Part shown: one piece after another, positions 48,841 to 58,206 of the stretch
How the letters are laid out: every line of letters starts with the position of its first letter
Position numbering within the stretch: the first letter of the stretch is position 1
Assembly: GCA_002387845.1 (NCBI GenBank)
Contig: DGLB01000074.1
Coordinates: 52,081 to 116,080, forward strand
DNA from: Stenotrophomonas maltophilia
Lineage (GTDB): Bacteria > Pseudomonadota > Gammaproteobacteria > Xanthomonadales > Xanthomonadaceae
Direction: 5' to 3'
Length of the DNA: 64,000 nucleotides
The notes under the pieces: model-generated
Database searches by the model: none
What the model saw: only the letters and a program-made list of their open reading frames with translations
What the model was told of the DNA's origin: nothing
Made by a program: the position numbers and the translations under genes

Positions 48841-50855
48841 GTGTTGCTGCCATGGCCCCGTTCCTGATTGGCGTGGGCGTACTGATTGTCCTGCTGCTCG
48901 GTCTTGCCGGCCTGTTCAAGGCGTTCTACCGCAAGGTGGACCAGGGCGTCGCGCTGATCGTCAACGACATGAGCTCCCAGCCCAAGGTGCACTTCACCGG
49001 TGCATTGATCATCCCGGTGCTGTACCGCGCCGAGCTGATGCGGATCAGCCTGATCACCCTGCAGATCGACCGTCGTGGCAAGGAAGGCCTGATCTGCCGC
49101 GACAACATGCGCGCCGATATCGCCGTGGCGTTCTACCTGCGCGTCAATGAAACCCAGGCAGATGTGCTGCGCGTGGCCAAGGCCATCGGTGCCGACCGCG
49201 CCTCGGACAAGCACGCGGTGGACGAGCTGTTCAACGCCAAATTCTCCGAAGCGCTGAAGACCGTTGGCAAGAAGTTCGAGTTCACCGAGCTGTTCGAGAA
49301 GCGCCAGGAGTTCCGCGACGAGATCATCGCGGTGATCGGCAACGATCTCAACGGCTACGCGCTGGAAGACGTGGCCATCGACTACCTGGAGCAGACCCCG
49401 AAGCTGCTGCTGGACCAGAACAACATTCTCGATGCCCAGGGCATCCGCAAGATCACCGAGCTCACCGCTGCGCAGAACGTGGTCACCAACGAGCTGGAAC
49501 AGAACGAAAAGCTGGCCATCACCAAGAAGAACGTCGAGGCACGCGAAGCGCTGCTGGCGCTGGAGCGCCAGCAGGCCGAAGCCGAAGCCCGGCAGAAGCG
49601 CGAGATTGAAACCATCCAGGCCCGCGAACAGGCCGAAACCGCCAAGGTGCAGGAAGAGCAGCGCCAGCTGGCCGAGCATGCCCGCATCGAAGCGCAGGAG
49701 CTGATCGACATCCGCGAGCAGAACCGCCTGCGCGAAGTGGAAGTGGCCGAGCAGAACCGTCAGCGTGCCGTCGCCATCGAGGCCGAGCGCGTGGAACGTG
49801 CGCGCCAGCTGGAGCAGGTCACCACCGAGCGCGAAGTGCAGCTGCAGGGGGTTGAACGCGACAAGGTGGTCGAGTCCGGCAAGATGGACGTGGCCAACAT
49901 CACCCGCGAGCGCATCGCCATCGACAAGACCGTGGCCCAGGAAGAAGAGCGTATCAAGGAAGTGCGCGAGGTTTCCGAAGCCGACCGCCAGAAGCAGGTG
50001 CTGATCCTGGAAGCCGAAGCCAAGGCCCAGGAACTGCTGGTGCGCCAGGTCAAGGAAGCGCAGGCCGCCGAAACCTCGGCCAAGCACCGCGCGGTCGAGA
50101 TCACCACCCTGGCCCAGGCCGAGCACGAAGCCGCCGGCAAGCAGGCCGAGGCCAAGCGCCTGCTCGCCGACGGTACCCGTGCCGAACAGGCCGCCCCGGG
50201 CCTGGCCGAAGCGCAGGTGCGCGAAGCCTCGGCGCTGGCCATCGAGAAGGTCGGTATCGCCGAAGCCCGCGTGATCGAGGCCAAGGCCGACGCCACCCTC
50301 AAGCAGGGCACCAACGACGCTCGCGTGCTGGCTGAAACCCTGCAGGCCCAGGCCCAGGGTGAAGAGCAGATGGGCCGTGCCCGTGCTACCGCGACCGAGT
50401 CGGTCGGCGGTGCCGAAGCCGGTGTGGTGCAGAAGAAGCTGCTGGCCGAAGCCGAAGGCCTGGTCCGCAAGTTCGAGGCGATCGCCTCGCTCAGCGACAG
50501 CGCCCGCGGCCATGAAGAGTTCCGCATGATGCTCGACAACAGCCTCAAGCAGGCCCTGGCGTCGATCGAAGCCGGCAAGGAAGTCTCGCGCGAGAACGCC
50601 GGTGTCATCGCCAGCGCGCTGCGCAACGCGGATATCGACCTGGTCGGCGGCGACGGCGGCATGTTCGAGAACCTGATCAAGGCCGTCTCGCTGGGCAAGT
50701 CGATCGAAGGCCTGGCCGGCAAGAGCCCGATCGTCCAGGACCTGATGCAGCGTTACCTGGGCGTGACCGCGCGCGAAGAAGCACCGCGCCAGATCGCCGA
50801 CGAGCACACCGCCACCGCCGACACGGTGTCGGCCACCGTCGTCGACGCGCGCTGA
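48837..50855 (+). CDS. Flotillin/SPFH (band 7) family protein, YqiK-like, with long C-terminal E/A/R/Q coiled coil
   Basis: N-terminal TM helix. SPFH core (ALIVNDMSSQPKVHFTGALIIPVLYRAELMRISLITLQIDRRGKEGLICRDNMRADIAVAFYLRV). About 350 aa of heptad-rich EA repeats. Confidence 0.8.
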   Translation: MSVAAMAPFLIGVGVLIVLLLGLAGLFKAFYRKVDQGVALIVNDMSSQPKVHFTGALIIPVLYRAELMRISLITLQIDRRGKEGLICRDNMRADIAVAFYLRVNETQADVLRVAKAIGADRASDKHAVDELFNAKFSEALKTVGKKFEFTELFEKRQEFRDEIIAVIGNDLNGYALEDVAIDYLEQTPKLLLDQNNILDAQGIRKITELTAAQNVVTNELEQNEKLAITKKNVEAREALLALERQQAEAEARQKREIETIQAREQAETAKVQEEQRQLAEHARIEAQELIDIREQNRLREVEVAEQNRQRAVAIEAERVERARQLEQVTTEREVQLQGVERDKVVESGKMDVANITRERIAIDKTVAQEEERIKEVREVSEADRQKQVLILEAEAKAQELLVRQVKEAQAAETSAKHRAVEITTLAQAEHEAAGKQAEAKRLLADGTRAEQAAPGLAEAQVREASALAIEKVGIAEARVIEAKADATLKQGTNDARVLAETLQAQAQGEEQMGRARATATESVGGAEAGVVQKKLLAEAEGLVRKFEAIASLSDSARGHEEFRMMLDNSLKQALASIEAGKEVSRENAGVIASALRNADIDLVGGDGGMFENLIKAVSLGKSIEGLAGKSPIVQDLMQRYLGVTAREEAPRQIADEHTATADTVSATVVDAR

Positions 50856-50876
50856 GCGGGGCAGAGCCCGCTCTAC
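50856..50876. repeat. SMAG-like palindrome (minus orientation: GTAGAGCGGGCTCTGCCCCGC) downstream of the flotillin gene
   Basis: Read directly from the sequence. Confidence 0.6.
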
Positions 50877-50929
50877 ATTTCCACCGGCCGGTACCTCCGG
50901 CCGGTGTACCGTGAGCCGGAAGGAAGCTG

Positions 50930-53900
50930 ATGTCTGATACCGACCCCCGTCCCGACCCGTCGTCGGCGGAAGCCACTACCACCGTCGATCAGGCGGTTGC
51001 CCAGGGCGGAGCCTATGAAGTCCTGCGTCGTCGCCTGGGCGAGCAGGGCACGCGCCTGCGCGGTTTGGCCGATGCGCTCAACCGCCAGCGTCTGGTGGAA
51101 TTCGGGGACAGCCGGCTGGAGGTCATTGGCCGCTTCCGCATCCGCAGCGAAAACAACTGTGTAGGCCGGGACATCGTGCAGGTCGGACCGGACCTGCTGC
51201 TGTTCGGCTACAACGTCTACCTGGGGCTGAAGACCCAGACCCGGGTCGAGGACGTATTCGGCCTGTACCGGCTGGTGCAGTCGGGCGAGGGCTACGACGT
51301 GGTGCCGGTCGATGCCAAGGGCAGCTTCCTGGCCCAGGCCGGCTTCGTGCATGACTTCAGTGAGCTCTACGCCTACTACAAGCATGCGCGCCTGCTGCAG
51401 CTGATCAAGGTCGGTGACAAGCTGCTGGCGTCGTTCCAGATCGGCGAGCGCAGCAGTGACGTACGTGTGTTCCGCTGGGCGGTCTCGCGCGAGGGCGAGC
51501 TGACCTATCTGGATGCGCGCGGCGAGCGTGACATCGCGCTGCCGCCGCCGTTCGATTTTGAGTGGACCCGTGCCACCCGCGACATGGCGGTCAGCGGGCG
51601 TCATTCACATCTGAATATTCTGGACACCCTGTTCGTCGAGACCACCGGTGGCGATCTCACCATCAAGGTCGAGAACAACACCGAAAGCGGGCAGGGCATC
51701 TACAGCGAGCCGGTGGACGACAGCACCCAGTCGCTGGACGACGCCCAGTTCGATTTCGTCCGAGTCGGCTCATTGGTGCTGCTGAAGGTGCTGCCGTACC
51801 GCGAAACGGTATGGCGTGGCTTGATCTACAACACGTTGACCGGCGCGATCGTGCGCAATGACGCCATCGTGCAGGCCTGCGTGCAGCTGCCGGAAGACCA
51901 CGGCATCATCTTCCCCGGTGGCTATTACCTGCAGAGCGGCGAGCACAAAGCCTTCGACGCTTCGATGCAGGGCATGCAGTTCAAACGCGCGATCCGCTCG
52001 CCCAATGGCGAGGACGTGCTGTACATCTTCTATGAGCGCGAAGGTGGGCGCTCGGCGCTGTTCGTCTACAACACCATCCAGCGCGTGCTGCAGAACCCGG
52101 TGTTCGGCCACGGCTATGCCTTCATGCACGACGGGCGCATGGTGCTGTTCCACGCCGAAGGCACCGAGCCGACCCGCATCCACCCGATGCAGGTCTGGCA
52201 GACCCCGTTCAGCAGCGACGAATTTGCCGCCAGCCGGCCACCCGGCAACACCTTCATGGGCCGCATCGGCAACGCCGAGCTGGTTCGCGGCATTTCCAAC
52301 CTGTTCGACCTCGCCCGGACCATCGAAGGCCAGGACGTTTCGGTGCAGCGCTACCAGCGCCTGGTGCAGGATACCCGGCGCATGTTCGACGCCCACCACT
52401 GGCTCGACGATGCCAGCTGTGACGGCGCGGCCGGCCTGCTGCGCGAGATCAGCGCCACCGGCGAGTCGGTGCTGGACGAGTACGAAAAGGTCCAGAGCAT
52501 CCGCCAGCAGTCCGCCCAGGCCATGGCCCAGGCGCAGTCCAGCCAGAAGGCCCTGCTGGCGCGGTTGCAGCCGGAGAACTGGACCGGGGTGCAGGCCTTT
52601 GTCGAGGCGCTCAACGCGATTTCCACCCAGCGCGGTCATCTGCTGACCATCCGCGACTATCGTTACATCGATACGGATGTGATCGACGCGATGACCACCG
52701 CGTTGCAGGAAGCGCACGACCGCGTCGGTGCTGCCACCGGCCAGTTCCTCGCCGACGAGCGCGCACTGGCTCCGCTGGGCGAGCGCCTGCAGGCGCTCGA
52801 TGAAGCCGCGCAGCAGGCGGAAAGCGCGCGCGTGCTGGATGAACAGCTGGCCGGAATGCGCGGCATGGCCGCCGACCTGGACATGCTGTCCGCGCTCATG
52901 GCCGGGCTGAAAGTGGACGATGCCACCGCGCGTACCCGCGTAGTGGAAGCCATTTCCGCCGTTTACGCGCGCCTCAACCAGAGCCGGGTGCGTGCCGAGC
53001 AGCGACGCCGCACGCTGGGTTCCGCCGAGGCGGTGGCGCAGTTCGCCGCCCAGTTCGCGCTGTTCTCGCAGTCCATCACCAGTGCACTGGGCATGGCCAC
53101 CGACCCCGAGCGGGCGGATGAACAGATGTCGCGCCTGCTGGTGCAGCTGGAAGAACTGGAAAGCCAGTTCGGCGAGCACGAGCAGTTTCTGGGTGACATC
53201 CTGGCCAAGCGCGAAGAGCTGATCGAAGCCTTCGAGACCCACAAGCAGGCGCTGCTGGATGAACGCCAGCGTAAGGCGCGCTCGGTGCTCGATGCGGCCA
53301 CCCGCATCCTGGATGGCCTGGCCAAACGTACCGAGCGCTTTGCCAGCGCCGACGAGCTCAACGCGTTCTTCGCCGGCGACCCGCTGGTGCTCAAGCTGCG
53401 CGAGTTGGCCGAGCGGCTGCGTGAGCTGCGCGACAGCGTCAAGGCGGACGACGTCGAGGCGCGCCTGAAGGGCGTACGCGATCAGGCGGTGCGTGCGCTG
53501 CGCGACCGCAGCGATCTGTTCGAAGCGGGCGGCAACGTGGTGCGGCTGGGCCCGCGCCATCGCTTCAGCGTCAATACCCAGGCGCTGGACTTGACCCTGC
53601 TGCCACGCGGCGACGAGCTCGCCATCCACCTGACCGGCACCGACTTCCTGGAAGCGCTGCACGATCCGGAGCTGGCCGAGCTGAAGGCCTATTGGCAGTT
53701 GGGACTGGATTCGGAATCGGCGCAGCTGTATCGCGCCGAATACCTGGCCGGCAGCCTGCTGCTGGCCGCGATGGAAGCACGCGATGGTCTCGATCTGGCG
53801 GCTCTGCAGCATGCCGCTGCCGAGCCGGATGCGCTGGAGAAGATCGTCCGTGACTTTGCCGCACCGCGCTACCGCGAAGGCTATGAACGTGGCATCCATG

Positions 53901-56320
53901 ACCACGACGCCAGTCTGATCCTGCACGCGCTGCTGCCATTGCAGCAGGCCGCCGGCACGCTGCAGCATGCGCCACGCGCACGCGCGCTGGCCCTGCTGTT
54001 CTGGGCCGCGCAGCAGCGCCGCGAAGACGTGGCGCAGTGGTCTGCGCGTCAGGCCGGGGCCGATGCCATCGCCCGCCTGTTTGGTTCCAGCGAAGGTCAG
54101 CAGGCCCTGCTGGCCGAGATGACCACCGCATTGGATGCGTTCGTGCAGGAGCGCCAGCTGCCGTTCCAGACCGAAGATGCGCAGGCGTCGGCCGCCTATC
54201 TGGCTGCCGAACTCAGTGTCGGCGAGCCCGTTTTCAGCACCAGCCGCTACGCGCAGGCCCTGCTCGAAGCACTGACCCAGCATCTGCAGTCGGCCGGCCA
54301 GCGCGAAGCCTTCGACCGTGCCCTGCAACGCGAGCAGGACGGCCTTGCCGCGCGCTGGAAACTGGCGGGTCAATGGCTACGCGCACTGTGCCAGCTGCCG
54401 GCCTACGCCACGTACGCCGGCTACGCCGATGAGGCGGCAGCACTGCTGCTGGTGTCGCGTGCGCTGCGCACGCGTGGCAGCGAGGTCGCCCTGCAGGTAC
54501 AGGTGCAGGGGCTGCTGGGCGAGCACGCGCGCATCCAGCAGGGTCACCTCACCCTGTCGCTGGATGACTTCCTGGCACGCCTGCGCACCCACCTGCAGCA
54601 GTTCGTGCCGGCCTTCCATGCCTACCAGGGCGTGCGCCAGCGCATCATCGTGCGCGAGCGCGACGCCTTGCGCCTGTCAGAGTTCAAGGCCCGCCCGCTA
54701 TCCTCGTTCGTGCGCAACAAGCTGATCAACGACGTCTACCTGGGCGTGATCGGTGACAACCTGGCCAAGCAGATGGGCACGGTCGGCGAGAACAAACGCA
54801 GCGACCTGATGGGCCTGCTGATGATGATCTCGCCGCCGGGCTACGGCAAAACCACGTTGATGGAATACGTGGCGCACCGGCTGGGCCTGGTCTTCATGAA
54901 GATCAACGGCCCGGCGCTGGGCCACGAGGTGCGCTCGCTGGACCCGGCGCAGGCTCCCGATGCCACCTCGCGGCAGGAGCTGGAAAAGCTCAACCTGGCG
55001 CTGGAGATGGGCAACAACACCATGCTGTATGTCGACGACATCCAGCATACCCATCCCGAGTTCCTGCAGAAATTCATCTCGCTCTGCGACGGCACCCGCC
55101 GTATCGAGGGCGTGTGGCGCGGGCGCACCCGTACCTACGACATGCGCGGCAAGAAATTCTGCGTGGTGATGGCCGGCAACCCGTACACCGAGTCCGGCGA
55201 GGTGTTCAAGATTCCGGACATGCTCGCCAACCGCGCCGACATCTACAACCTGGGCGACGTGCTGGGTGGCATGGAAGAGGCCTTCACCCTGAGCTATATC
55301 GAAAACAGCCTGACCTCCAACGCGGTGCTGGCCCCGCTGGCGACGCGTGACATGGCGGATCTGTACCTGCTGGTCGACCGCGCGATGGGCAAGGAGGTCT
55401 CCACCAATGCGCTCAGCCACGCCTACAGCGGCGCCGAGATCAACGAGATCGTCGCGACCCTGCAACGCATGCTGCGCGTGCGTGACGTGGTCTACCGGGT
55501 CAACCAGCAATACATCGCCAGCGCCGCACAGGACGACCGCTACCGCACCGAGCCGCCGTTCCGGCTGCAGGGCAGCTACCGCAACATGAACAAACTGGCC
55601 GAGAAGATCTCGCCGGTGATGAACGAGGCCGAGCTGCAGCAGCTGGTCTCCGACCACTATCTCGGCGAAGCGCAGCTGCTGACCACCGGTGCTGAAGAGA
55701 ACCTGCTCAAGCTGGGCGAACTGCGTGGCGTCCTGGGCGAGGATGAGCTGCAGCGCTGGGCGCAGATCAAGCGCGACTTCCTGCGCAACAAGGCCATGGG
55801 GGCAGGCGATGCCGATGTCGGCGGTCGCGTGGTGGCGCAGCTGGCCGACATCGCCAGTGCGCTGCAGAGCAGTGCCGACGCCGCACCGCTGAATGCAGCG
55901 GACCCCGCACCGTGGCCCGCATTGCTTGCCGCATTGGAGCGCCTGGTTCCGGTGCCGGCACCGGCCACACCTGTGGTTGCGGCGGAGTTCGCTCCTGTCG
56001 ACACCGGCGTGCCGCACCCCCCACCGCTGCCGGCCGCCGAGCCGATTGCCCAAGGGTTGCAGGAAGGGCTGGCCCCGCTGCTGCAACTGCTGGGCCAGGC
56101 CAATGCGCAGCAGGCGCGCACCGGTGAAACCCTGGCCTTGCTGGCCAGCTGGGTGCGCGAACAGATGGAGCGCGGCCCGGCCGCACCGCCACGCCCGCGC
56201 GCACGCCGCGCCAGCACGCCGCAGGAGCGTGCGCTCGACGAGGCACTGATGCGTCACTTCTACGGTGAATCCACCCTGCCGCCGCGGTGGACCGGCGCTG
56301 CGGATGATGCGCCGGCATGA
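50930..56320 (+). CDS. Giant (1796 aa) uncharacterised protein: unknown N-terminal domains, extended central helical/coiled-coil region, C-terminal MoxR/AAA_5-like ATPase domain
   Basis: RBS GGAAG. Walker A ISPPGYGKTTLMEY, Walker B NTMLYVDDIQH, sensor-1-like VVMAGNPYTESGEVFKIPDMLANRADIY (compare MoxR ATQNP...LPEAQLDRF). Central A/L/E/Q/R-rich helical region. Stop overlaps the next start (ATGA). Confidence 0.7.
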   Translation: MSDTDPRPDPSSAEATTTVDQAVAQGGAYEVLRRRLGEQGTRLRGLADALNRQRLVEFGDSRLEVIGRFRIRSENNCVGRDIVQVGPDLLLFGYNVYLGLKTQTRVEDVFGLYRLVQSGEGYDVVPVDAKGSFLAQAGFVHDFSELYAYYKHARLLQLIKVGDKLLASFQIGERSSDVRVFRWAVSREGELTYLDARGERDIALPPPFDFEWTRATRDMAVSGRHSHLNILDTLFVETTGGDLTIKVENNTESGQGIYSEPVDDSTQSLDDAQFDFVRVGSLVLLKVLPYRETVWRGLIYNTLTGAIVRNDAIVQACVQLPEDHGIIFPGGYYLQSGEHKAFDASMQGMQFKRAIRSPNGEDVLYIFYEREGGRSALFVYNTIQRVLQNPVFGHGYAFMHDGRMVLFHAEGTEPTRIHPMQVWQTPFSSDEFAASRPPGNTFMGRIGNAELVRGISNLFDLARTIEGQDVSVQRYQRLVQDTRRMFDAHHWLDDASCDGAAGLLREISATGESVLDEYEKVQSIRQQSAQAMAQAQSSQKALLARLQPENWTGVQAFVEALNAISTQRGHLLTIRDYRYIDTDVIDAMTTALQEAHDRVGAATGQFLADERALAPLGERLQALDEAAQQAESARVLDEQLAGMRGMAADLDMLSALMAGLKVDDATARTRVVEAISAVYARLNQSRVRAEQRRRTLGSAEAVAQFAAQFALFSQSITSALGMATDPERADEQMSRLLVQLEELESQFGEHEQFLGDILAKREELIEAFETHKQALLDERQRKARSVLDAATRILDGLAKRTERFASADELNAFFAGDPLVLKLRELAERLRELRDSVKADDVEARLKGVRDQAVRALRDRSDLFEAGGNVVRLGPRHRFSVNTQALDLTLLPRGDELAIHLTGTDFLEALHDPELAELKAYWQLGLDSESAQLYRAEYLAGSLLLAAMEARDGLDLAALQHAAAEPDALEKIVRDFAAPRYREGYERGIHDHDASLILHALLPLQQAAGTLQHAPRARALALLFWAAQQRREDVAQWSARQAGADAIARLFGSSEGQQALLAEMTTALDAFVQERQLPFQTEDAQASAAYLAAELSVGEPVFSTSRYAQALLEALTQHLQSAGQREAFDRALQREQDGLAARWKLAGQWLRALCQLPAYATYAGYADEAAALLLVSRALRTRGSEVALQVQVQGLLGEHARIQQGHLTLSLDDFLARLRTHLQQFVPAFHAYQGVRQRIIVRERDALRLSEFKARPLSSFVRNKLINDVYLGVIGDNLAKQMGTVGENKRSDLMGLLMMISPPGYGKTTLMEYVAHRLGLVFMKINGPALGHEVRSLDPAQAPDATSRQELEKLNLALEMGNNTMLYVDDIQHTHPEFLQKFISLCDGTRRIEGVWRGRTRTYDMRGKKFCVVMAGNPYTESGEVFKIPDMLANRADIYNLGDVLGGMEEAFTLSYIENSLTSNAVLAPLATRDMADLYLLVDRAMGKEVSTNALSHAYSGAEINEIVATLQRMLRVRDVVYRVNQQYIASAAQDDRYRTEPPFRLQGSYRNMNKLAEKISPVMNEAELQQLVSDHYLGEAQLLTTGAEENLLKLGELRGVLGEDELQRWAQIKRDFLRNKAMGAGDADVGGRVVAQLADIASALQSSADAAPLNAADPAPWPALLAALERLVPVPAPATPVVAAEFAPVDTGVPHPPPLPAAEPIAQGLQEGLAPLLQLLGQANAQQARTGETLALLASWVREQMERGPAAPPRPRARRASTPQERALDEALMRHFYGESTLPPRWTGAADDAPA

Positions 56321-57021
56321 TGCGTGGCTGGCCCGTGCCGGTGCCTGTGGCAACCGACGCACTCGGACTGTCACGCTACGGCGCGTCGTTGCTCGATGCG
56401 CTGGGGCAGGGGGCGACGCCGCCGGTCGGGCATGACCCTGCGGCGGCACGCCTGCTCGCGGTGCTGGCACAGCTGGGCGCGGTGGTGCAGGCTGCCAACC
56501 CTGCCGCGGCGCGACGTCGTGTCAGCTGGTGGGGACGTCTGCTCGGGCGCGATGTCGAACAGGAGCTGGAGGCGCACGACAGCCAGTCACGGCTGGGTGT
56601 GCTGCTGGTACAGGCCGATGCGGCCGTGCGGGGCGTCGCCGCGCAGCTGGCACAGCAGGCGGCGGCGCAGGAACGCGCCATTGATGCCGCTATGATCCTT
56701 GAAGCCTGGGCCGATGCCGGACACGCGCAACTGGCCGCGTTGGCTCCGCCTTTGCAGGATGTATTGGCGCAGCGATTGGACCATCTGCGCCGGCTGGCCG
56801 CGCTGCAGCAGGTCGAGGCGGGGCAGTGGCAGCTGCTGCGCGAACAGAACGCAGCGCTGCTGGCCCGCAGTCAGCGCATTACCGAGACCCTGCTGCCGGC
56901 ATGGCAGCAGACCGTGCTGACGCGTCGGGCCGCCGACCAGCAGCAGCGCGACCAGCAGGCCACGCAGCTGCTGGCGCAGATCAGCGCCGAGGTCGCCTCG
57001 GCGCAGGCTAGACTGGACTGA
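56317..57021 (+). CDS. Hypothetical helical protein (234 aa, Ala/Gln/Leu-rich), translationally coupled to the giant ATPase gene
   Basis: ATGA overlap at 56317-56320. No recognisable motif. Predicted amphipathic helices. Confidence 0.5.
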   Translation: MMRGWPVPVPVATDALGLSRYGASLLDALGQGATPPVGHDPAAARLLAVLAQLGAVVQAANPAAARRRVSWWGRLLGRDVEQELEAHDSQSRLGVLLVQADAAVRGVAAQLAQQAAAQERAIDAAMILEAWADAGHAQLAALAPPLQDVLAQRLDHLRRLAALQQVEAGQWQLLREQNAALLARSQRITETLLPAWQQTVLTRRAADQQQRDQQATQLLAQISAEVASAQARLD

Positions 57022-57062
57022 CCCGTGTATTTCATTGCCGCCCCTTTCAAGGAGACTTCGCC

Positions 57063-58163
57063 ATGACCCAGGACACGCCGAACAGCTCGGCCCTTGCCGT
57101 GGCCGCGCCCACGGTGGATGACGCCACCTTGAAGGCACTCGGTCTGGTCCAGGACGACCTGCCGCGGATCGCCGAGATCGGGCGCAGCCTCGAAGACATC
57201 CGCCCGGGCAACCTGCAGGTGTTCGGGCGTGACGCAGCGGCCAAGACCGCAGCGTTTTCCAGCCAGCTGCTGGACCAGGTGCGCAATCGGGACCTGGATG
57301 CCAGCGGTGAGAAGCTGGGCGAAGTGGTACGCATCGCGCGCACGTTGAATCTGGACGGTCTCACCCAGCGCTCGAAGGTGCCGGTGATTGGCGGCCTGAT
57401 CGACAAGCTGCGTGCGTCCAAGGGCGAGCTGGTGCAGAAGTTCAGCGACACCAACCGGCAGATCGAGCAGCTGCTCGGCGACGTTGGCAGCCAGCAGGCG
57501 CTGATGGGCCAGCGGGTCGGCGAGTTCGACCGCATGCACGAGATCGTGCGCGAAGAGCGCCACGCACTGGGCCTGCATATCGCCGCCGGCAAGCAGCGTC
57601 TGGGCGAGCTTCGCGCGGAACAACAGGCATCGGTAGGCAACGACGACCCGCAGGTGCGCATCCGCCAGGGCGAACTGGACAACGCGATCCGCCTGCTCGA
57701 CAAGCGGGTCGGTGACCTGGTGGTGATGCAGCATGCGGCCGACCAGTCGCTGCCGATGATCCGCCTGATCCAGGCCAACGCGATCCAGCTGATCGAGAAG
57801 TTCAACACCGTCCGCGACATCACCATTCCGTCGTGGAAACGGCAGTTTGCGATCCAGCTCAGCCTGAGCGAGCAGAAAAGCGCGGTGGAACTCTCCAACG
57901 CGATTGATGACGCGACCAATGACCTGATGCGCCGCAACGCGGACCTGATGCGGCAGACCTCGGTGGAAACCGCCAAGGCCAACCAACGCGCCGTGATTGA
58001 CGTGGCCACCCTGCGCCATGCCCACGACCAGTTGATCGCCACGGTGGAAGAGGTGCGCACCATCCATCGCGAAGGCATGCAGCAGCGCCAGCAGGCGGAA
58101 GTCGAACTCGCGCGCCTGCGCGAAGAGGTGCAGGCCAGGCTGGCCGCGCCAACGGCTGCCTGA
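57063..58163 (+). CDS. TelA/KlaA (toxic anion resistance)-family protein
   Basis: RBS AAGGAG. About 366 aa, helical. Layout and motifs (LDLDGLT, QALMGQRVGEFDRMHEIV, DLVVMQHAADQSLPMIRLIQANAIQLIEKFN) resemble TelA/YaaN-family proteins. Family assignment from memory, moderate. Confidence 0.55.
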   Translation: MTQDTPNSSALAVAAPTVDDATLKALGLVQDDLPRIAEIGRSLEDIRPGNLQVFGRDAAAKTAAFSSQLLDQVRNRDLDASGEKLGEVVRIARTLNLDGLTQRSKVPVIGGLIDKLRASKGELVQKFSDTNRQIEQLLGDVGSQQALMGQRVGEFDRMHEIVREERHALGLHIAAGKQRLGELRAEQQASVGNDDPQVRIRQGELDNAIRLLDKRVGDLVVMQHAADQSLPMIRLIQANAIQLIEKFNTVRDITIPSWKRQFAIQLSLSEQKSAVELSNAIDDATNDLMRRNADLMRQTSVETAKANQRAVIDVATLRHAHDQLIATVEEVRTIHREGMQQRQQAEVELARLREEVQARLAAPTAA

Positions 58164-58173
58164 TCATGATTAG

Positions 58174-58200
58174 GGGGTGACACGCATGGCGTGTCACCCG
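58174..58200. repeat. REP-type palindrome GGGGGTGACACGCATGGCGTGTCACCC between convergent telA-like and LysR genes
   Basis: Read directly from the sequence; a likely bidirectional terminator. Confidence 0.75.
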
Positions 58201-58206
58201 CCGCCA

